Part shown: piece by piece, positions 6,660 through 7,106 of the stretch
Layout of the letters: each line of letters opens with the position of its first letter
Position numbering within the stretch: position 1 is the first letter of the stretch
Source: Amoeboradix gromovi X-113
Taxonomy: Eukaryota > Fungi > Sanchytriomycota
Direction of reading: 5' to 3'
DNA: 7,106 nucleotides
Assembly (NCBI GenBank): GCA_018985225.1
Contig: JADGIF010000528.1
Span: forward strand, 1 to 7,106
Made by a program: the position numbers and the translations under genes
The notes under the pieces: model-generated
Database searches by the model: none
Seen by the model: the letters and a program-made list of their open reading frames with translations, nothing else
What the model was told of the DNA's origin: nothing

Positions 6660-7106
6660 GAGCCCTAAAGAAACCAGGCAAATCTTCTATAGAAATCACA
6701 TAAATGGTAGATCTCGTAGATTAGAAATTTCGTCTTTACCAATTATGCTCTCGCTGACAATTCGTTTTTACCAATTGCTCTTCCTTGCCAGTCGTATTTT
6801 TGGTTGCTCAATTAACTTCTTGTAAACCGAAGGCTTTTTTAACACGCATTCGCACCTCGATTCACGACTGTATAACAATTGATAAATTATTGTAGCACCA
6901 AGTCTCCTAAATGCTATTCAACTTGCCGACATCCTCATGACAGCAATTGCACTACTTGGGACACCAAATATAAAAACTAGACTAAGTCGTTTTTAAAGGA
7001 GGTGCACCATACGGAGGAAATGCTATCATTAATAAAAGATCTTCTTCTATTATACCAATTTTCTCTCATTAATTGTATTCCTCTTTTCAAAATAAAACTA
7101 GAAGAC
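6660..7106 (-). pseudogene. Decayed Fanzor remnant, copy B (C-terminal part; continues beyond the right edge)
   Basis: Minus-strand fragments: ENWYNRRRSFINDSI, YGAPPLK, WCPK*CNCCHE (CxxC, 6940-6951), NCYTVVNRGANAC* (6842-6862, catalytic Asp position reads GGT). Three blocks are collinear with copy A, including 19/25 and 21/26 nt identities. Confidence 0.68.
6729..6781 (+). repeat. Imperfect direct repeat TTCGT(C/T)TTTACCAATT(AT)GCTCT x2, period 32
   Basis: The 16-nt cores at 6729-6744 and 6761-6776 differ at one base, and both are followed by GCTCT. Confidence 0.75.

Noticed and set aside
6094-6781. CRISPR-like array from the 32-nt-period repeats
   Set aside because: Only two units each, unrelated to each other, too short, and in a eukaryotic context.

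Overview
AT-rich, extremely gene-dense eukaryotic DNA in the standard genetic code, probably from an early-diverging fungus or fungal relative (inference). There are four host genes: a CAP59/GT69-type mannosyltransferase (minus strand, runs off the left edge, absent from the ORF track); a methylcrotonoyl-CoA carboxylase alpha subunit whose two ORFs are joined by a predicted 19-nt GT-AG intron; an acylamino-acid-releasing enzyme (S9 peptidase); and the RNase P/MRP subunit Pop5. The two apparently non-coding stretches either side of POP5 (about 4704-6145 and about 6640-7106) are decayed, mutually homologous, minus-strand remnants of a Fanzor, the eukaryotic TnpB-like RNA-guided nuclease. They retain RuvC-I DPG, zinc-finger and DRDxNA motifs. 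The first copy is followed by a ~340-nt hairpin-rich tail that is a candidate omegaRNA. Fanzors are a known class and both copies here look dead. What may be new is this particular family, its RNA, and the ultra-short intron. All family assignments come from manual translation and motif recognition, not database searches.
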